A stretch of DNA of 64,000 nt from Promethearchaeota archaeon. GTDB taxonomy: Archaea; Asgardarchaeota; Lokiarchaeia; Sigyniarchaeales; SOKP01. Under the pieces are notes generated by a model that saw nothing but the letters and a program-made list of their open reading frames with translations, was not told the origin of the DNA and did not search any database. The stretch's first letter is position 1; every line of letters begins with the position of its first letter. This document shows, one piece after another, positions 1-10,915 of the stretch. A program made the position numbers and the translations under genes. The stretch covers positions 1-64,000 of the forward strand of contig JAEOTZ010000071.1 in NCBI GenBank assembly GCA_016839585.1, read 5' to 3'.

Positions 1-1
1 A

Positions 2-754
2 TTTAGAGAATTTTTAAAAAACTCTCAATATGTTGAATCTCATAAAGATTGTGGACGTGTTCAAGATCCATATTCAATTCGATGCATACCCCAAGTCCAT
101 GGTGCTTCTAGAGACGCCTTATCTCATCTCAATGAAAAATTGTTATGTGAATTAAATTCCGTTACTGATAATCCAATAATTTTTAATGAAAATGATACTG
201 TAAGTGGAGGAAATTTTCATGGTCAACCACTTGCTTTACCTTTAGATTATATAAGCTTAGCTGCTTCTGAGCTAGGAAATATTTCTGATCGCAGGACATA
301 TCTCCTATTAGAAGGAAAGTGGGGTTTACCAGCATATCTTATTGAAAGTTCTGGATTAAATTCAGGTTTCATGCTTGTTCAGTATTGTTCAGCGGCTCTT
401 GTAAGTGAAAATAAATCATTTTGTTTTCCAGCTAGTGCTGATAGTATACCTACATCTATGGGACAAGAAGATCACGTAAGTATGGGACCAATTAGTGCTA
501 GAAAGGCTCTTCAAATAATTGAAAATCTTGAAAAAATTTTATCTATAGAATTGTTATGTGCTGCTCAAGCTTTTGATTTTAGAAGACCCTTAAAATCGAG
601 TCGAGTATTAGAGGCTTGTCATAAATTTATTCGTTCAAAAATACACCATTTAACTGAAGATATGGTTTTATCTGAATTTATTGAATCAGCCCATGAAATA
701 ATTAAAAGTAAGGAATTAATAAAAATCATCCAAAGCCAGATAGAGGGGAATTGA
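2..754 (+). CDS. hutH: Histidine ammonia-lyase, 5'-truncated by the window edge
   Basis: Frame is open from base 2 (FREFLKNSQYVESHKDCGRVQDPYSIRCIPQVHGA) into ORF 140..754; motifs QDPYSIRC.PQVHGA, NSVTDNP, SGGNFHGQP, QEDHVSMG; directly upstream of hutI. Confidence 0.95.
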   Translation, partial: FREFLKNSQYVESHKDCGRVQDPYSIRCIPQVHGASRDALSHLNEKLLCELNSVTDNPIIFNENDTVSGGNFHGQPLALPLDYISLAASELGNISDRRTYLLLEGKWGLPAYLIESSGLNSGFMLVQYCSAALVSENKSFCFPASADSIPTSMGQEDHVSMGPISARKALQIIENLEKILSIELLCAAQAFDFRRPLKSSRVLEACHKFIRSKIHHLTEDMVLSEFIESAHEIIKSKELIKIIQSQIEGN

Positions 755-755
755 T

Positions 756-2063
756 TTGTTTGTATCATCAACTTATAAAAAAAAATTAATTAAACAAGAA
801 GATAATCCCGATCTGGTGATATTTAATGCTAACGAACTCATTACTATGAATACTAAATTTGGTGCTCCAAGAATAGGCAAAAATATGTCTGAGTTATCAA
901 TCATTGATAATGGGGCAATAGGAGTAAAAGATGATAGAATTATATACGTGGGGACTACTGATGAATTAATATCGAAATTTTCTCTCAATGAAATAAAGAC
1001 AAAGATTGATGCTAAAAATAAGTTAGTTACACCTGGATTTGTAGATCCTCATACTCATATAATTTTTGATGGTTCAAGAGAAAATGAATTACAAATGAAG
1101 CTTGATGGAAAGTCTTATCTTGAAATACTCCAAGCGGGAGGCGGCATATTAAAAACAGTTCGCGAAACCAGAAAAGCTTCTTTAGAAAAACTAGTAGAAA
1201 ATGGTAAAAAAATTTTAGATAGGATGATGAATTATGGCACAACTACAGTCGAAGCTAAGTCTGGTTATGGTCTGAGTACTGAAAGTGAATTAAAGATATT
1301 AAAAGTTTTACAGATTTTAAATGAGGAACATCCCTTAGATATTGTGTCAACTTTTTTAGGTGCTCATGCAATTCCTATAGAATATAAAGATAATCCTGAT
1401 GATTATGTAGAGTTAATTATTTCAGATATGATACCTAAAATTGTTAAAGAGGGTCTTGCTGAATTTTGTGATGTATTTTGTGAAAAAGGAATCTTTTCAA
1501 TTGAACAATCAAGAAAAATTTTAAAAACGGCATTGAGATATGGCTTAAAACCTCAAATTCATATTGATGAAATTGCTGATTCTAATGGTGCTTTACTTGC
1601 AGCAGAATTAAAAGCAATTCAAACAGGCCATTTGTTAAAATCAAATGATAATGGATTAAAAGCAATGGCAGAAGCGGGAGTTATTGCTACACTTTTACCA
1701 GGAACTCCTTTTTGTTTAATGTTAAAAGAATATGCCCCTGCAAGAAAAATGATAGAATTAGAGATACCTATCGCGCTTGCTACTGATCTTAATCCAAATT
1801 GCTGGACGGAATCAATGCAAATGATCATGACATTAGCGTGTTATCATATGAAACTATCACCAGCAGAAGCACTGACAGCTACTACAATCAATAGTGCTTG
1901 TGCGATTGATAGGCAAGATGAAATAGGAAGTATTGAAGTTGGAAAAAAAGCAGATATAGTAATTTTTGATGTTCCAAATTATAATTTTTTACCCTATCAA
2001 TTCGGTGTAAATTTAGTATCTAAGGTAATTAAAAATGGTAAAATTTTAATTAATAATGATTAA
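756..2063 (+). CDS. hutI: Imidazolonepropionase
   Basis: PGFVDPHTH, GTTTVEAKSGYGL, STFLGAHA, FCDVFCEKG, ALATDLNP; TTG start just after the hutH stop. Confidence 0.95.
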   Translation: MFVSSTYKKKLIKQEDNPDLVIFNANELITMNTKFGAPRIGKNMSELSIIDNGAIGVKDDRIIYVGTTDELISKFSLNEIKTKIDAKNKLVTPGFVDPHTHIIFDGSRENELQMKLDGKSYLEILQAGGGILKTVRETRKASLEKLVENGKKILDRMMNYGTTTVEAKSGYGLSTESELKILKVLQILNEEHPLDIVSTFLGAHAIPIEYKDNPDDYVELIISDMIPKIVKEGLAEFCDVFCEKGIFSIEQSRKILKTALRYGLKPQIHIDEIADSNGALLAAELKAIQTGHLLKSNDNGLKAMAEAGVIATLLPGTPFCLMLKEYAPARKMIELEIPIALATDLNPNCWTESMQMIMTLACYHMKLSPAEALTATTINSACAIDRQDEIGSIEVGKKADIVIFDVPNYNFLPYQFGVNLVSKVIKNGKILINND

Positions 2064-2070
2064 CCAAGTT

Positions 2071-2988
2071 TTAAAAATCAAAATAATGCTCTAATAGATG
2101 CTTCTCTTCTAATTTTTCTGGTTTTTCCAATTGTAAGTAATATTCTAAAGAGTTTAGCACAGCATCTAACGGTAATACGCCAATTAATTCAGATCCAATA
2201 ACAGGAACACCATACCGGGCAGCCTCGATTTTTACAAGTTCCATTTGTCTATAAAGTGGTGTTTTTCTATAATTGATATTACTAATCCCTATCTGTACGT
2301 AATCTCGTTCTGCTAATTCAGTACCCATTGCTTTAATATTGACTAGTCCACCTGAACGTAAATGAATTGCTTTTGCTATTTTTTTTGCAACTTTAATATC
2401 ATTTGTTCCAAGATTAATATTGAAGCTAATCAATGGATATCTAGCACCTGTTATTAATGCTCCAGCAGTTGGATGTAATTCAGATGGACCAAAATCAGGT
2501 TTACGATTTGAATCAGTTTTAATTGCTTCCTTTAATCCTTCATATTCACCAACTCGAATATTATCGATGTTCTTTCTTTCCATTATACGAGCCGATTCTT
2601 CATAAAGATATACTGGTATCCCTTCTTTTGCCATAGCTTTGCCAAATTTTATTGAGAGCTCAATACACTCTTCTATAGACACATTTTGAGCAGGTACAAA
2701 TGGCACTACATCTATGGCTCCAATTCTAGGATGTTGCCCTTTATGTATATTCATATCAATTAGGGTTATAGCTTTTTTAGCAGCAGCTATATTTGCTTCT
2801 AAAACAGCTTCAGGTGTTCCAACAAAGGTAATTACAGCTCTATTGTAATCAGAATCATATTGAATATCAACAATACGAGTGTTCTGTGTATTTTTAATCT
2901 TAGAAACAATTTGTTCAATTTTTTCTCCATCCGTTCCTTCACTAAAATTAGGAACAGATTCTACAATTTTCTTTTTTCTATTTTCCAT
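2071..2988 (-). CDS. ftcd: Glutamate formiminotransferase (FTCD transferase part)
   Basis: ESVPNFSEG, DYNRAVIT, HKGQHPRIGAIDVVPFVP, PDFGP, GSELIG; next to hutHI. Confidence 0.92.
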   Translation of the reverse strand: MENRKKKIVESVPNFSEGTDGEKIEQIVSKIKNTQNTRIVDIQYDSDYNRAVITFVGTPEAVLEANIAAAKKAITLIDMNIHKGQHPRIGAIDVVPFVPAQNVSIEECIELSIKFGKAMAKEGIPVYLYEESARIMERKNIDNIRVGEYEGLKEAIKTDSNRKPDFGPSELHPTAGALITGARYPLISFNINLGTNDIKVAKKIAKAIHLRSGGLVNIKAMGTELAERDYVQIGISNINYRKTPLYRQMELVKIEAARYGVPVIGSELIGVLPLDAVLNSLEYYLQLEKPEKLEEKHLLEHYFDF

Positions 2989-3211
2989 TTAAATTACCTT
3001 AATAAATATTGTACTAAATTGAATGAAAAATATGTAAATATAATTATATATTTTATCAGTATAAACATATATCTTATCTTACTTACTGCTAGTTGGAGTT
3101 TCTTTTTTTTTAATTTTATTTTAACTTTTATATTTTTTGTCCCTCTTTGGCTTATCTTGTGTTCTTTTTTAAAAAACTTTAAGAAAAAGTAATAATTTTG
3201 AATTTCAATTT

Positions 3212-4258
3212 ATGTCTGAAGTAGAACCTAATAAAGTAATTTTATTTCTAAAAAAGAGAAAACGTATCCTTATTGGCATAATCACAATATTATCAGTAAT
3301 TTTAATGCTTTTTATCGTAGATTTTCCCAAAATTATATTAAAAATTAGGTTAATTGGCTTTTGGGGTACTTTTTTATTTGTTTTAGCTTATTCATTAGCT
3401 TTCTTATTTAGATCTTTAAAATTGAAGCTAACTTTTAAAGGAATTGATAAGAACATAAACTTTAGCACATCATATTTTTCTACGGGTGCTAGTTTTGTTA
3501 TAAATGATTTTACACCTGGTAAATTGGGTGATATAGTAAAAATTTTTATCATTAAAGATCAAGAAAAACTACTATTGAGTGAATCTGTTGCTGGAATTGC
3601 TATAGAGAGAATATTAGACTTAATATTTTTATTTATTATTAGTTGTGGGTCTTTAATTTATCTTTATATAAGTAGTTTTGGAGGAACAGAAAATGTGGAA
3701 ATTTTAGGCCAAGATATTCAGTTTTATTTGATAATAGGAGCGATATTAATAATTGGATTTGTTATTATCTTAATTCTTGTACTTTATAAAACAGAAAGCA
3801 TATTAAAAATAATTAATAAAATATCGGCTAGAGTGGCAAATTATATTGAAAGGTTCTTGGGTAATTTTAAAAGAGGGATGAAGAATTTCAAAAATCACAA
3901 AAAAGAATTTTTATATGTGGTCCTGTTAGGAATCCCAACTTGGATTAGTGATGCTCTCATAATTTCAATATTTTTTTATATATTAGGATACCAACTAAAT
4001 ATATTCTTATTAGTTCTAGCTATGATATTATTGTTTTTTAGTAAGACATTTCCTATTACACCTGGAGGATGGGGAATTTCTGAAAACATTGGTGCTTTAT
4101 TTATTTTCATTTTTTATCCGTCTATACCTTATACTGAAATCTTATCAATATTTATAATTGAACATTTATTTAGAAGCGCATATCTCTTTTTTTATGGTGG
4201 TTTTTCTATACTTCATTATAATGTTAAAATAAAAAGCCCTGATTTAATTACAACCTAA
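3212..4258 (+). CDS. UPF0104 / lysylphosphatidylglycerol-synthase TM-domain membrane protein (putative flippase)
   Basis: Multi-TM; N.FTPGKLGD, IERILD and PITPGGWG.SE motifs typical of the family. Confidence 0.85.
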   Translation: MSEVEPNKVILFLKKRKRILIGIITILSVILMLFIVDFPKIILKIRLIGFWGTFLFVLAYSLAFLFRSLKLKLTFKGIDKNINFSTSYFSTGASFVINDFTPGKLGDIVKIFIIKDQEKLLLSESVAGIAIERILDLIFLFIISCGSLIYLYISSFGGTENVEILGQDIQFYLIIGAILIIGFVIILILVLYKTESILKIINKISARVANYIERFLGNFKRGMKNFKNHKKEFLYVVLLGIPTWISDALIISIFFYILGYQLNIFLLVLAMILLFFSKTFPITPGGWGISENIGALFIFIFYPSIPYTEILSIFIIEHLFRSAYLFFYGGFSILHYNVKIKSPDLITT

Positions 4259-4316
4259 ATTTACTCAATAATTACATTTGGAAAAATTTAAAAAACTATC
4301 ATTATGAGTTATAGAT

Positions 4317-5372
4317 ATGGAAGAAATAGAGAAAAAAGTAGAAACTAAGACAAAAAAAAACATCTTAGAAAAAATATTAGATCATAAAGCATTGATCTTT
4401 ATTATTGTTGGTATCATAGCTCGATTTTTAATGTTATTTTATTACTATTATTCTCATATAATATTTTCAGGGCGCTCTTGGGGAGATGTAGAACTAAATT
4501 TTAACAAAAGTATTTATTATCCTCCTCTGGGTACTGCAATGTTAGATCTGTTTAGACTGATATCATTTGGAATTATTGAAGTCTTTGCTTTTTGGGCCTT
4601 TCTCTGGGATTTAGGAACTACCTTAATGTTTTATTTTGTATTAAGAAGTTTTAATATAAAAAATATTAACTATGCATTTGGATTGTTTCTGGTTAATCCG
4701 TTTTACTTTTTACATAATTCATTTAGTTTAGAAAATTGTGGATATCATATAACTGATGCTTTCTTTTTCTTTTTCCTATTTCTAGCATTATTCTTTTATC
4801 CAAGAAAAGAAAATTACGCAAGATATCTATTCTATATATTTTTAGGTATTTCAATGTGTGTAAAATATTACACATTACCCGCTCTAGGATTTTTCTTTTT
4901 AAAGTACCTCTATGAAAGGGATTGGAATGAGTTGAAGCGTTTTATGTTATCTATTGTTCCAATTTTGATTGCTTTTTTAATTGTACCAATATTGTTTATA
5001 GAACCATACTTAAGTGAATTATTAGAATGGTATTCAATAGGAGGGGGGACACCATTATACCTGAGAGTAATCCCTATTGGATTAATAGCACTTCTTTTTA
5101 TAATTTTTAGGCTAAAAAGTTCAGATTATTTTGAAATTATCATTATTTCGATCATTGCAATGGCTTCATTTATGATTTTTAGTTATCCTTATTTAAGATG
5201 GTTTCAAGTAATTATATTTTATGGGATTTTAGTAGAAAGAGATTTCTTCAAATTTGACTTAAACCTTGGAATTGTTAAAAGAACAATAAATGTAAATAAT
5301 CACATATTAACATTTTATTTGTCTTTTGTAGGAGTATTTCTGTCTTACATGTTCATCTTATTTATCTTTTAG
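4317..5372 (+). CDS. Polytopic GT-C-like glycosyltransferase (GT87/PIG-M-like)
   Basis: About 10 hydrophobic segments; YYPP, FLVNPF, G..I.DA, LGIS...KYY pattern; lies between a flippase-like gene and a GT2. Confidence 0.55.
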   Translation: MEEIEKKVETKTKKNILEKILDHKALIFIIVGIIARFLMLFYYYYSHIIFSGRSWGDVELNFNKSIYYPPLGTAMLDLFRLISFGIIEVFAFWAFLWDLGTTLMFYFVLRSFNIKNINYAFGLFLVNPFYFLHNSFSLENCGYHITDAFFFFFLFLALFFYPRKENYARYLFYIFLGISMCVKYYTLPALGFFFLKYLYERDWNELKRFMLSIVPILIAFLIVPILFIEPYLSELLEWYSIGGGTPLYLRVIPIGLIALLFIIFRLKSSDYFEIIIISIIAMASFMIFSYPYLRWFQVIIFYGILVERDFFKFDLNLGIVKRTINVNNHILTFYLSFVGVFLSYMFILFIF

Positions 5373-5394
5373 AGTTGCTTTTAGTTTAATCCTT

Positions 5395-6165
5395 CTAAAT
5401 AGGAATTTTTTTCTGCAACTTTTTCATAATTTTTTTAAAATGAAACTTATAGATGTTATATATAAATTGGTATAATTTTGAATCGATGAATAATCTATAT
5501 TTTAATAGTACTAAAGCACCTTCAATTCCATCAAAATAATTTATCTTCGCAAACCCATATCTACGAATATTATATCTTATGGGACTTTCCTTTATTTGGT
5601 AACCTTTTAATATAATTTGTGCTGTAATTTCTGGTTCAAATTCAAATTCTCTCGCATTAAGTTTTAAGTCATTTAAAACTTTTTTAGTAAATAATTTATA
5701 ACCTGTTTCCATGTCTGTTAAATTCACATGAAAAAGAAAATTTGTTAATTTGGTAAGTAAAATATTACCTAATAAGTGAGATTTTGACATAATTTTAGGT
5801 TTTGTGAAAAATCTAGAACCATAAACTACCTCAACCTCTTTAGTTAAAATAGGTTCTAAAAGTTTAGGAATATCTGAAGGATAATACTCGAGATCTGCAT
5901 CTTGGATAATAAAAATATCTCCATTCGCATATTTTAATCCTATCCTAATCGCTACACCTTTTCCTTGATTTTCTGGTAATCTAATAAAAGTAACTTTTTT
6001 AGTAACTATCTCTTCTGAGATTATTTCTTTATGATTTATTCTTGAACCATCATCTACCACTATAATTTCGTGATCGATAGGAAAATCTACTTTTAAAAGA
6101 GATTTAATTAATGGTTTAAGTGTTTTTTCTTCATTATAACATGGTATAATAATGCTTAATTTCAA
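5395..6165 (-). CDS. GT2 polyprenol-phosphate glycosyltransferase (DPM1-like)
   Basis: SIIIPCYNEE, VVDDGS, NQGKG, IQDADLEY, VYGSRF, TDMETGYK. Confidence 0.9.
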   Translation of the reverse strand: MKLSIIIPCYNEEKTLKPLIKSLLKVDFPIDHEIIVVDDGSRINHKEIISEEIVTKKVTFIRLPENQGKGVAIRIGLKYANGDIFIIQDADLEYYPSDIPKLLEPILTKEVEVVYGSRFFTKPKIMSKSHLLGNILLTKLTNFLFHVNLTDMETGYKLFTKKVLNDLKLNAREFEFEPEITAQIILKGYQIKESPIRYNIRRYGFAKINYFDGIEGALVLLKYRLFIDSKLYQFIYNIYKFHFKKIMKKLQKKIPI

Positions 6166-6266
6166 TTTATGTCAATTATTTTTATTTTTCTCTCTTTATT
6201 TAGAAATTAAAAAAGATTTTAAATTTTTATTGATTATGAACCAACCCAATTTCTTAAAATATAATT

Positions 6267-7520
6267 TTATTCTGATATTTGAATGCTACAAGGAAGTAAT
6301 GCAGCTTTTGGTGAATTACCATAAATATTTTCTAAATCTCTTAATAATTTCTCCCAATTATGGTATAACTTTATAGATTTAGGGAAAAAATGGTATAAAT
6401 CTGCTTCGTTTATGTTTGGTGAAAAGAAAAATACTTTTCTCTTTTTTACGAAAACTTTCCAGATTAATCCTTTTTCAAGATTGTTTCCAAAATTATGAAA
6501 TAGTCTAGAACCTGTTTCAGCTAGTAAACTATGATATCCCCTTCCATCATATGATGATGACATCAAAATTATTGCACCATTTTTATCCAAAATTTCTCTA
6601 GGAGCTGTCATTAAAAAATTAAATCCTTTAATTGCTTGATTTAATTCTGAATCTTCAGGATACAAGTTGAAAAAGTATATTTGATTTCCAATAGATATTT
6701 TTGTTTTATAGTATTTTTTAGCTAATTCTATTGCTTTTCTATGAGCTTCCCTAAAATGACCAGAAAATATCCCACAAATTTCACCAATCTCGTTGAGTAT
6801 AACATTAATAGAAAAGTCTAAACCTATAATTTCAACAATATCTTCTATGTCTTCTCTTATCTTTGTAACTTTTCCAATGCCTCCACCGAAGGATCCAAAT
6901 TTAAATCCAGCAGAATGATTAGCTTCAAGAGTTCGTATTCCACATACACCTGGTAGCACAATTTTCGCCCCTCCCCCAAATCCCGCTAGGATATGAGGTA
7001 TAACTCCTCCAATAGCAATTCTTAAATCAGAGTTATAATAAGTTCTATTTACTTCTATTGGTGTTCCAATTTTTGATTCACCTAAATTAATTAAATTTTC
7101 ATAAGGATGATGGTTTTCAATATTAAAATTCTCAACTACATATTTCCCTAATTTTAGGATGCAATCATGTCTATTCATAGGTTTATGAGCACCAATAGCT
7201 AGAAGAATTATAATTTGTTCCTTGGTTATACCAACTTTGTCTAATTCTTCCAATATATGAGGCAGAATTTTGTATACGGGAGTTGTTCTTGTCATATCAT
7301 CCACAACTATAACTACTTTTTCTTTGTTTTTTGCTAATTCCGATAATTTTGGAGTAGCTATAGGATTAAGTATCGAATTTCTAATTTCTTCATTAGTTAA
7401 TTCTGGAGCATCAGCACCTTTCATTTTAAATATACTTATATCCCAAGAATCTGGAAAGGTTAAATCTAAATATTTTGGTTCCCTCCATACTGCCCAAGGT
7501 ACTTTAAAAGCTTTTGTCAT
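6267..7520 (-). CDS. LarA-family (lactate racemase-like, nickel-pincer) racemase/epimerase
   Basis: DDMTRTTP, A.GAH.PM, PHILAGFGGGAKIVLPG motifs of the LarA N-terminal domain. Confidence 0.85.
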   Translation of the reverse strand: MTKAFKVPWAVWREPKYLDLTFPDSWDISIFKMKGADAPELTNEEIRNSILNPIATPKLSELAKNKEKVVIVVDDMTRTTPVYKILPHILEELDKVGITKEQIIILLAIGAHKPMNRHDCILKLGKYVVENFNIENHHPYENLINLGESKIGTPIEVNRTYYNSDLRIAIGGVIPHILAGFGGGAKIVLPGVCGIRTLEANHSAGFKFGSFGGGIGKVTKIREDIEDIVEIIGLDFSINVILNEIGEICGIFSGHFREAHRKAIELAKKYYKTKISIGNQIYFFNLYPEDSELNQAIKGFNFLMTAPREILDKNGAIILMSSSYDGRGYHSLLAETGSRLFHNFGNNLEKGLIWKVFVKKRKVFFFSPNINEADLYHFFPKSIKLYHNWEKLLRDLENIYGNSPKAALLPCSIQISE

Positions 7521-7632
7521 GGTAATTATATCATCATTTATATTTTTATTTTTGAAAATCTTAATTTGCTATTAATAAAGTTAAATATTGATTATTTTAT
7601 ATGTTTTAAAATAAATTAAATCATAAGATGCT

Positions 7633-8094
7633 ATGATTGACAAAAATGAAAATAGAATTTCTAAGGATGATTATTTTATGAAAATTGCTGAAGTTGTCTC
7701 ACTTAGATCTACTTGTATAAAGAGAAAAGTTGGAGCTGTTTTAGTGAAGGATTCTCACATTTTGTCTACTGGTTATAATGGTGCTCCAGCAGGTCTTAAA
7801 CATTGTACTCATGAAACATGTGTTAGAAAAAATCTAAAAAGTGGTGAAAAGCCGGAATTATGTAGGGGTGTCCATGCTGAGATTAATTGCATCATCCAAG
7901 CTGCGATTCATGGAACTTCAATAAAGGGTGAGACGACAATATATAGTACAACATTTCCTTGTATGAGCTGTTTAAAATTGTTAATTAATGCTGGGATTAA
8001 TAGATTAGTATATAAAGAAGGATATGCTATGGAAAATAAAGTTAAAGAAGATCTTTTAAAGGAATCTAATTTAATCGTACAAAAGTTTCGGTAA
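7633..8094 (+). CDS. dCMP deaminase (ComEB-like)
   Basis: RSTC..RKVGAV, TGYNGAP, HAE and PCxxC zinc motifs. Confidence 0.92.
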   Translation: MIDKNENRISKDDYFMKIAEVVSLRSTCIKRKVGAVLVKDSHILSTGYNGAPAGLKHCTHETCVRKNLKSGEKPELCRGVHAEINCIIQAAIHGTSIKGETTIYSTTFPCMSCLKLLINAGINRLVYKEGYAMENKVKEDLLKESNLIVQKFR

Positions 8095-8129
8095 GTCTTT
8101 TTTTGTTTGAAGAAAGTTATCAAATTAAC

Positions 8130-9359
8130 TTAAGAATACCATTTTTCCTTAGCTATTCTTCCTCTTATTATTTCTCTTTGTTCAGGTGTAATTTTATCTC
8201 TAAGAGCCTGATTACAAATTTGTTTTCCAATAATGACTTTTGGATTAATTGCCCAATTTACATCAATTAACAAGCAAAGATAGTATACAGATGATAAAAT
8301 AAACGAGATAAGATGCCCCATATTTTGTTCTAAGGGATTATCAATAGAGATCTCGACTGTTGGCACCCCTTGCTGAATTAAAGCTTGAAACGTTGCATCT
8401 GCTTGATAGTTAATAATGGTCTGAGCACTTTGTTCATTAATATATGGAATAGTTGATGTTAAAACAAGATCAGGATTTTCATTTTTTACTGTCCATACTA
8501 TAGGTATCACAATACCTTTAGTTCCACCTAATAAAAATTCTAATACAGAATGTTGACAGATGGGAGCTGATTGATATGTTCCTATCATACCTCTTTCATC
8601 CTTTCCCGTACTTTCAGATACTCCTTGAACCCATAATCCAACACTTCCCTCAAGATTTTTTGAATATGGCATTGAAAATACAACTCTATATCCTTTCCTA
8701 TATAAATTAAAAAGGAATGCTGCAAGTTCTAAGGCAGGATTATTATCATAATTAGAAAAATTATTATACCCCTCTTCTAATCCTTTTAAAAAATTCTTAA
8801 TATTTATACCAGAAACATATGCAGGAACAATACCAACATTTGTAACTGAGCCTGCATAACGACCAGAAAGATCGGGAACATCTAAAATAGGACATTCTAT
8901 TTCTTTTAATATATTATTCATAGTTCCCATTGATGAAAGCCCTAAAAATTTATACCCCCTTCTAACAAAAATCCCAATTGTAGAATTAACATCTAGAGTT
9001 TCTCCACCTCTTGAAATTGGTATTACAACAGAATTTTTAGGCGACGTTTTTTCCAAACAACCTTTCAATTCTACTGCTCTTGAACTTGGAACTGGATATA
9101 TCTTTTTTTTAGATAAATGCTTAAGTGCTAATAATGTTTGTATTGAGCCACCAGTACCTAATACAATTACGTTTTTGATATTTTCACTCAAGAATGGTTT
9201 AGTTATTGTTTTTATCTTATCTATATCCAAATAGGATTTTGTATCGAAGAAAAATGGAGAATCCCACTTATCTTTGTTTTTTTTAATTATGTCCATTGCT
9301 TCTTTTAAAAGTTCATCACTTATTTTTGGATAATATTCTAATTTTAGATTTAAATTCAA
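8130..9359 (-). CDS. Glucose-6-phosphate isomerase-like SIS-domain protein
   Basis: VLGTGGS, ISRGGET, GRY.GS, W.Q.VSESTGK, QHS; divergent from canonical PGI. Confidence 0.75.
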   Translation of the reverse strand: MNLNLKLEYYPKISDELLKEAMDIIKKNKDKWDSPFFFDTKSYLDIDKIKTITKPFLSENIKNVIVLGTGGSIQTLLALKHLSKKKIYPVPSSRAVELKGCLEKTSPKNSVVIPISRGGETLDVNSTIGIFVRRGYKFLGLSSMGTMNNILKEIECPILDVPDLSGRYAGSVTNVGIVPAYVSGINIKNFLKGLEEGYNNFSNYDNNPALELAAFLFNLYRKGYRVVFSMPYSKNLEGSVGLWVQGVSESTGKDERGMIGTYQSAPICQHSVLEFLLGGTKGIVIPIVWTVKNENPDLVLTSTIPYINEQSAQTIINYQADATFQALIQQGVPTVEISIDNPLEQNMGHLISFILSSVYYLCLLIDVNWAINPKVIIGKQICNQALRDKITPEQREIIRGRIAKEKWYS

Positions 9360-9627
9360 AAAAATTTCACTACCAACTTTAATAGATTTGCTAATAAAAT
9401 TATATAATCCTATTTTATTTTTATTATTTTATTTTTGGAAAAAGAAGATAGATGATCAAACTTAAATTTTCCTTATTATTGTCGTTCTTTACCCATAAAT
9501 TCTCAAAATAAAAATTTAAAAACCAGAACTCTACTTCACTTAAAATATCGAGCTATATAACCTTACTTATATAAGATTCATCTATAAAAATTACACTAAA
9601 AAGTTTTTCTCTTTTATGTGATTTACT

Positions 9628-10881
9628 ATGGCAAAAGCTAGAGAAATAAAAAATGGAAATGGAAATAGCATGGAAATCAACAAGCCTTACTATTGTACTG
9701 AATGTAAGCGTAATCATACAAAAGGCAAAATATATAAAGAACATCTCGAGTTTGCAAATTCTGAAGATATTAATGAAGAACTTATTAATGGTGAGAATAC
9801 TGAGTCAGAATTAGGGAATGAGGATCCAGAAATCGAGGATTATGATGATGAAGCAGAAATTATCGAAGCCTTTAATGAATTAGAAGAAGAAATCAATTCT
9901 GATGTTGAGAATTTCTCTAATAATGATAATGATATAAATAATTGTGTCGAAGCAGTAAAAAATCTCCCTGGAGTTGGAGAAGCTACTCTCAATAAACTAA
10001 TTAAAGCAGGTTTTAATTCATTAGAATCAATAGCATTTACACCTCCCTCAATCATACAAGAAGAAAGTGGTCTAGGAGAAAAAACAACAACAAAACTGAT
10101 TAAAGTATCAATGGAAAAACTTAATATAGGATTTAAATCTGCCGTAGATATATGGGAACATCGAAAAAACATTGCTCGAGTTACTACAGGGAGCCAAGAA
10201 TTAGATGATTTATTAGGTGGAGGGATTGAGACTGGCAGTGTTATTGAATTTTTTGGGGAATTTAGGACTGGAAAAACTCAAATTATGCATCAATTATGTG
10301 TAAATGTTCAGTTACCTCGAGAAAAAGGTGGTCTTGAAGGAAATGCATTATATATTGATACAGAGGGAACATTTCGACCTGAAAGAATAATACAAATGGC
10401 CGAGGCTCAGGATCTTGATCATAACAAAGTCTTAAAAAATATAGTGTTTGGTCGTGCTTATAATTCAGATCATCAAATACTTTTAATTAAAGAAACAGCG
10501 AATCTAATTAAAGAAAAAAATATCAAAATAATTGTGGTAGATTCTTTAATAGGACACTTTAGGAGTGAATATATTGGCAGAGGCACCCTAGCAACTCGAC
10601 AACAAACAATCAATTCTCATCTACATGATCTATTAAGATTATGTGATATATATCCTGAATTAGGAGTTGTTGTAACGAATCAAGTTCAATCAAAACCTGA
10701 TGTTTTTTATGGAAATCCATTACGAGCAGCTGGTGGTAATGTTGTAGCTCATGGTTCAACTATTAGGGTTTATTTAAGAAAAGGAAAAGGTGAACAGAGG
10801 ATAGCAAAAGTTGTAGATGCCCCTCATCTGCCAGAAGGAGAAGCTGTCTTCAGTATTACTGGAAATGGTATAACAGATTAA
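9628..10881 (+). CDS. radA: DNA repair/recombination protein RadA with an N-terminal Zn-knuckle and acidic extension
   Basis: HhH LPGVG, Walker [37 protein letters not shown]. Confidence 0.95.
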   Translation: MAKAREIKNGNGNSMEINKPYYCTECKRNHTKGKIYKEHLEFANSEDINEELINGENTESELGNEDPEIEDYDDEAEIIEAFNELEEEINSDVENFSNNDNDINNCVEAVKNLPGVGEATLNKLIKAGFNSLESIAFTPPSIIQEESGLGEKTTTKLIKVSMEKLNIGFKSAVDIWEHRKNIARVTTGSQELDDLLGGGIETGSVIEFFGEFRTGKTQIMHQLCVNVQLPREKGGLEGNALYIDTEGTFRPERIIQMAEAQDLDHNKVLKNIVFGRAYNSDHQILLIKETANLIKEKNIKIIVVDSLIGHFRSEYIGRGTLATRQQTINSHLHDLLRLCDIYPELGVVVTNQVQSKPDVFYGNPLRAAGGNVVAHGSTIRVYLRKGKGEQRIAKVVDAPHLPEGEAVFSITGNGITD

Positions 10882-10915
10882 TATATTAATAAAAAGAGTA
10901 AGTATTAAATTAATT

